Source of the DNA: an uncultured Gemmatimonadales bacterium
Lineage (GTDB): Bacteria; Gemmatimonadota; Gemmatimonadetes; Gemmatimonadales; GWC2-71-9
Assembly: GCA_963720365.1 (NCBI GenBank)
Contig: CAVRFK010000017.1
Coordinates: forward strand, 210,750-274,749
Length of the DNA: 64,000 bases
Reading direction: 5' to 3'
Of this stretch, positions 61,169 to 64,000 are shown in pieces (position 1 is the first letter of the stretch; each line of letters opens with the position of its first letter). The notes below the pieces were generated by a model. The model saw only the letters and a list, made by a program, of their open reading frames with translations, searched no databases and had not been told where the DNA came from. The translations under genes were made by a program, and so were the position numbers.

Positions 61169-62035
61169 TCAGTAAGGATTTGCGCGATCGAAAGTTTCGC
61201 CCAGCGCCTCGGCCATGCGAGCGGCCGCTTCCGCATCGAGTCCGGCCTCGCGGGCGAGGGTCAGCGCCTCGCGGGCGAGGAGCAGATACAGCGCCCGATC
61301 CGACGGCGCCAGCGCAGCGAGATGAGCCCGGACGGTCTCCACATCGCCCCGCCGAACCGGACCGGTAAGGGCCGCGGCCGGCCCGGCCTCCAGATTGGCG
61401 GCGGCACCTCGAAACAGCGGCAGATAGAGGCGCCGCGCCACGTCAGGCGCGATGCCGGCCGCCAGCGCGAGTCGCTCCGCGACCGCGACCAGCGCGGTGG
61501 TGTAATTCGCCGCGAAGGTGGCGCCCGCGTGATACGCCGCCTTGGCGCCGGACGGAAGCCGCACGGGCGTCATGCCGAGCGATCCGGCGAGCGCCTCCGC
61601 GGCCGATATCGCGCGATCGTCGCCTTCCACGCCGGCATACGCTCCGGCAAAACGCTCGGACGCGGTGTTCGGATCGGAGAGCGTCTGGAGCGGGTGGAAC
61701 GACCCTAGCGCCGCGCCAGTCGGCGCCAGAGGAGCCAGCGCACCACGGTCTCTGAGGCCGGACAGATGGAGCACGGCGTGCCTGGCTTCCACTGCCCCCT
61801 CCGCGCTCAGCTCGGAGGCGAGAGCCTCGATCGCCCGGTCGGGCACCGCCAGCAGGACGAACGAGGTCGCGCGGATCGCTTCGGCCCGGGAGCCGGAGTG
61901 GAGACGCAGGGACGGCAGCACCGGATGGGGCGAGCGCGCCACCAGCGCGACCGGATGGCCACGACGGCCGAGCGCCAGGGCGAGTCCCTGGCCCATGCGC
62001 CCGGCACCCAGAATCGCCACGCTCGGCAGCGTCAA
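61169..62035 (-). CDS. Rossmann-like / DUF2520 domain protein
   Basis: VAILGAGRMGQGLALAL...AAYHAGATFAANY...GPVRRGDVETVRAHLAAL. Confidence 0.65.
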   Translation of the reverse strand: MTLPSVAILGAGRMGQGLALALGRRGHPVALVARSPHPVLPSLRLHSGSRAEAIRATSFVLLAVPDRAIEALASELSAEGAVEARHAVLHLSGLRDRGALAPLAPTGAALGSFHPLQTLSDPNTASERFAGAYAGVEGDDRAISAAEALAGSLGMTPVRLPSGAKAAYHAGATFAANYTTALVAVAERLALAAGIAPDVARRLYLPLFRGAAANLEAGPAAALTGPVRRGDVETVRAHLAALAPSDRALYLLLAREALTLAREAGLDAEAAARMAEALGETFDRANPY

Positions 62036-62063
62036 CGATGTGCCTTTGTGGAGGAACGTACCT

Positions 62064-62131
62064 TGTCATCCTGAGCGAAGCGAAGGAGCCATAACCGAGG
62101 CTATGGCTCCTTCGCTTCGCTCAGGATGACA
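62064..62131. repeat. Palindromic repeat family member (30-nt perfect arms)
   Basis: TGTCATCCTGAGCGAAGCGAAGGAGCCATA (62064-62093), an 8-nt loop, then the exact reverse complement (62102-62131). Confidence 0.9.
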
Positions 62132-62144
62132 CGTGACACACGAA

Positions 62145-63793
62145 CTAGTTCCGCGCCGACTCCGGTCGCTTGCCCGCGACGGCGAGACCCATCAGCTCCT
62201 TCGGTGTCTGCGCCCGTCGCAGCAGCTCCAGCGCGGTCTGCACCTGGCGGTCGTCCGAGGCGCGCCGGCGGAATTCGGCGTTCTTGCCGAAGACGTACCG
62301 GGCGATTTCGTAGCTCAGCTGCTGGTCGACCAGCCGGCCACCCTTGCCGAACTCGTCCGGCGTCAGCTCGACACCCTTCTCCTTGAGCCGCTGGAACAGT
62401 CTGCTGGCGCAACTCGGGCGGTCACCGAGAACGTCTCAGCGGTGATCGCCTTCGTCGACTTCTGCTCCAGCGCGATGCCCGTGAGCACGTCGCGATACTG
62501 CGGAGTGTGGCTGCCGAGCGCCTTGACGAAGTCACGCTCGCCGTCGGTCAGCGTGTCGAACCGGACCACGAGATCGGGCACGATACCGCCGCCGCCGCGC
62601 ACCACCCGGCCCGCGGTGGTGCGGTAGATCGGCCGCGCCCGGATGGCGGAGTCACTGGCGGACGGGATGGGCTCCCCGGCGACCGTGTCGCTGGCTTCGA
62701 GGGCGGCTTGCTCCGCCTGGTCCTCTTCGCTGTCCGCCGTCCGCTGAATCGTGCGACCGCTCGGCGTGAACCAGCGGGCCGTGGTGAGCTTGAGCGCCAC
62801 GCCCTCGCCCAGGGGGAAGAGTGTCTGAACCAGGCCCTTGCCGAAGGTGGGCGTGCCGACCACGACCGCGCGGTCGTGGTCCTGCAGCGCGCCCGCGATG
62901 ATCTCGGCGGCGCTGGCGCTGCCCTCGTTCACGAGCACGACGATCGGAAGGTCGGGCCAGGTCTGGCGCGCGTCATCGAAGAACTGCTTGGTGGCGCCGC
63001 GGGCTCGGCCCCGGGTGGAGACGATCTCCTGTTTCGCGTCGAGGAACAGATCGGCGACCTCGACGCCCTGGTCGAGGAGACCGCCGGGGTTGAAGCGCAG
63101 ATCGAGGATCATCGACTTCATCCCCTTGCGCTTCATGGCGGTGATCTCGGACCGCAGCTCCCCCGCGGAAGTCTCACTCACGGGGTTGAGCAAGATGTAG
63201 CCGACGCCGCCGTCGAACATCGTGCCGGCCGGGACCGACCGGATGTGGATCTGGGCTCGGGTCAGCGGATACTTGATCGGGTCCTCGATGCCGGTCCGAC
63301 GGATGGTGATCGTGATCTTGCTGCCGGCTTCGCCGCGCAGCGCCTTGACCGCCTCGTCGTTCTTCCAGCCCTCGGTGGACTTGCCGTCGACCTCGATGAT
63401 CTGGTCACCCGTCTGCACGCCCGCCCGCTCCGCCGGCGTCTCGGGCAGCGGCGCCACCACCGTGATCCAGCCATCGCGCACGTCGATCTGGATGCCGAGC
63501 CCGGCGTAGTTGCCGGAGGTCTGCTCCGTGAGGGCCTTGTAGTCGTCGCCGGTGAGAAGAACCGAGTAGGGATCCTTGAGCTGCTCGAGCATTCCCTGCG
63601 TGGCCTTCTGGTAGAGATCGGTCTCGCCGAGGGAATCCACGAAATACGCGCTGACATGGCCGAGGACGTCATCGAACAGGCGTGCCTGCTGATAGACGTT
63701 GCCGCCCGCGGCGGCGCCGCGCTGCAGCAGCCAGCCGCCGCTCAGGAAGGAGATGACGGCCACCGTGACGATGACCCCCCAGCGCTGCTTCAT
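62145..63793 (-). CDS. Second S41 family C-terminal processing peptidase (paralog of 59555-61129); two frame breaks near 62398-62402 and 62415-62418
   Basis: Likely ATG at 63793 (MKQRWGVIVTVAVISFLSGGWLLQ, parallel to the paralog N-terminus). Motifs: PDZ, ILDLRFNPGGL, VLVNEGSASAAEIIAGALQDHDRAVVVGTPTFGKG. The tail is recovered in other frames: ELRQQ / LFQRLKEKGVELTPDEFGKGGRLVDQQLSYEIARYVFG...-stop at 62145-62147. Confidence 0.8.
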
Positions 63794-63858
63794 AGACCGA
63801 CCTCCACTCCAGCAAAAAATGACCGCGCAGCGGCCGAAGGGCACGCCGACGATTCAAC

Positions 63859-64000
63859 TTAACCCGTTACCGCACCGAACCGTTCCGGGGCTGCCTTGAG
63901 GATCTCCGTCCATGCGGCTTGCAAGAGCCGGTCCGGTGGGAGCCGCCCGTCCAAATGTCGCACCCGGTCCCCGTGCACCGCCAGATAGAATTCGGCCACC
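63859..64000 (-). CDS. 3' end of an unidentified gene running off the right edge
   Basis: Reverse translation gives ...AEFYLAVHGDRVRHLDGRLPPDRLLQAAWTEILKAAPERFGAVTG-stop (63859-63861). The composition is protein-like, but I recognise no family. Confidence 0.3.
   Translation of the reverse strand, partial: VAEFYLAVHGDRVRHLDGRLPPDRLLQAAWTEILKAAPERFGAVTG

Overview
This is a very GC-rich bacterial chromosomal segment. GC was judged by eye, not computed. The gene content (a DUF4159/DUF4175-like module, Omp85 fusions, PKD lipoproteins) resembles Gemmatimonadota-like soil bacteria, but that taxon guess is inference only. I can support about 55 protein genes, 2 tRNAs (Ser-GCU, Gln-UUG), one intrinsic terminator and five structured intergenic repeats.

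Layout from left to right:
- 1-5.6 kb: a surface-polysaccharide locus with an asnB-like gene, a methyltransferase, an epimerase/dehydratase, wecB, a GT4 glycosyltransferase and a deacetylase.
- 5.7-9.1 kb: a stand-alone receiver, tRNA-Ser, gltX and a CapA-like lipoprotein.
- 9.8-22.5 kb: a minus-strand run of tightly coupled genes. It contains DUF4159, a DUF4175-like protein, a TPR protein, a TAT-signal protein, a JAMM-DinG fusion helicase, a FAH-family enzyme, an aminotransferase and small hypotheticals.
- 22.5-29 kb: housekeeping genes (rsmI, trxA, methylmalonyl-CoA epimerase, pdxJ, ispE).
- 29.1-40.8 kb: an accessory block starting just after tRNA-Gln. It holds a receiver, a copper-radical-oxidase/PKD lipoprotein, a zinc-ribbon Ser/Thr kinase, an AfsR-like wHTH-BTAD-P-loop regulator and two PKD lipoprotein paralogs with an unassigned C-terminal module.
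- 41-64 kb: prs-ctc-pth-ychF, a MOSC protein, rpsF-rpsR-rplI, a DhaL-DegV fusion, rsfS, an MA-peptidase/propeller/Omp85 fusion, a SPOR lipoprotein, smc, DAHP synthase, a LolA-like protein and two S41 peptidases.

Major caveat: at least about 20 conserved reading frames, including essential gltX, smc and ispE, need single-nucleotide frame changes, often at G or C runs. I read these as assembly indels rather than biology, so gene boundaries and any apparent fusion or pseudogene must be treated cautiously. I found no CRISPR array, rRNA, transposase or integrase.
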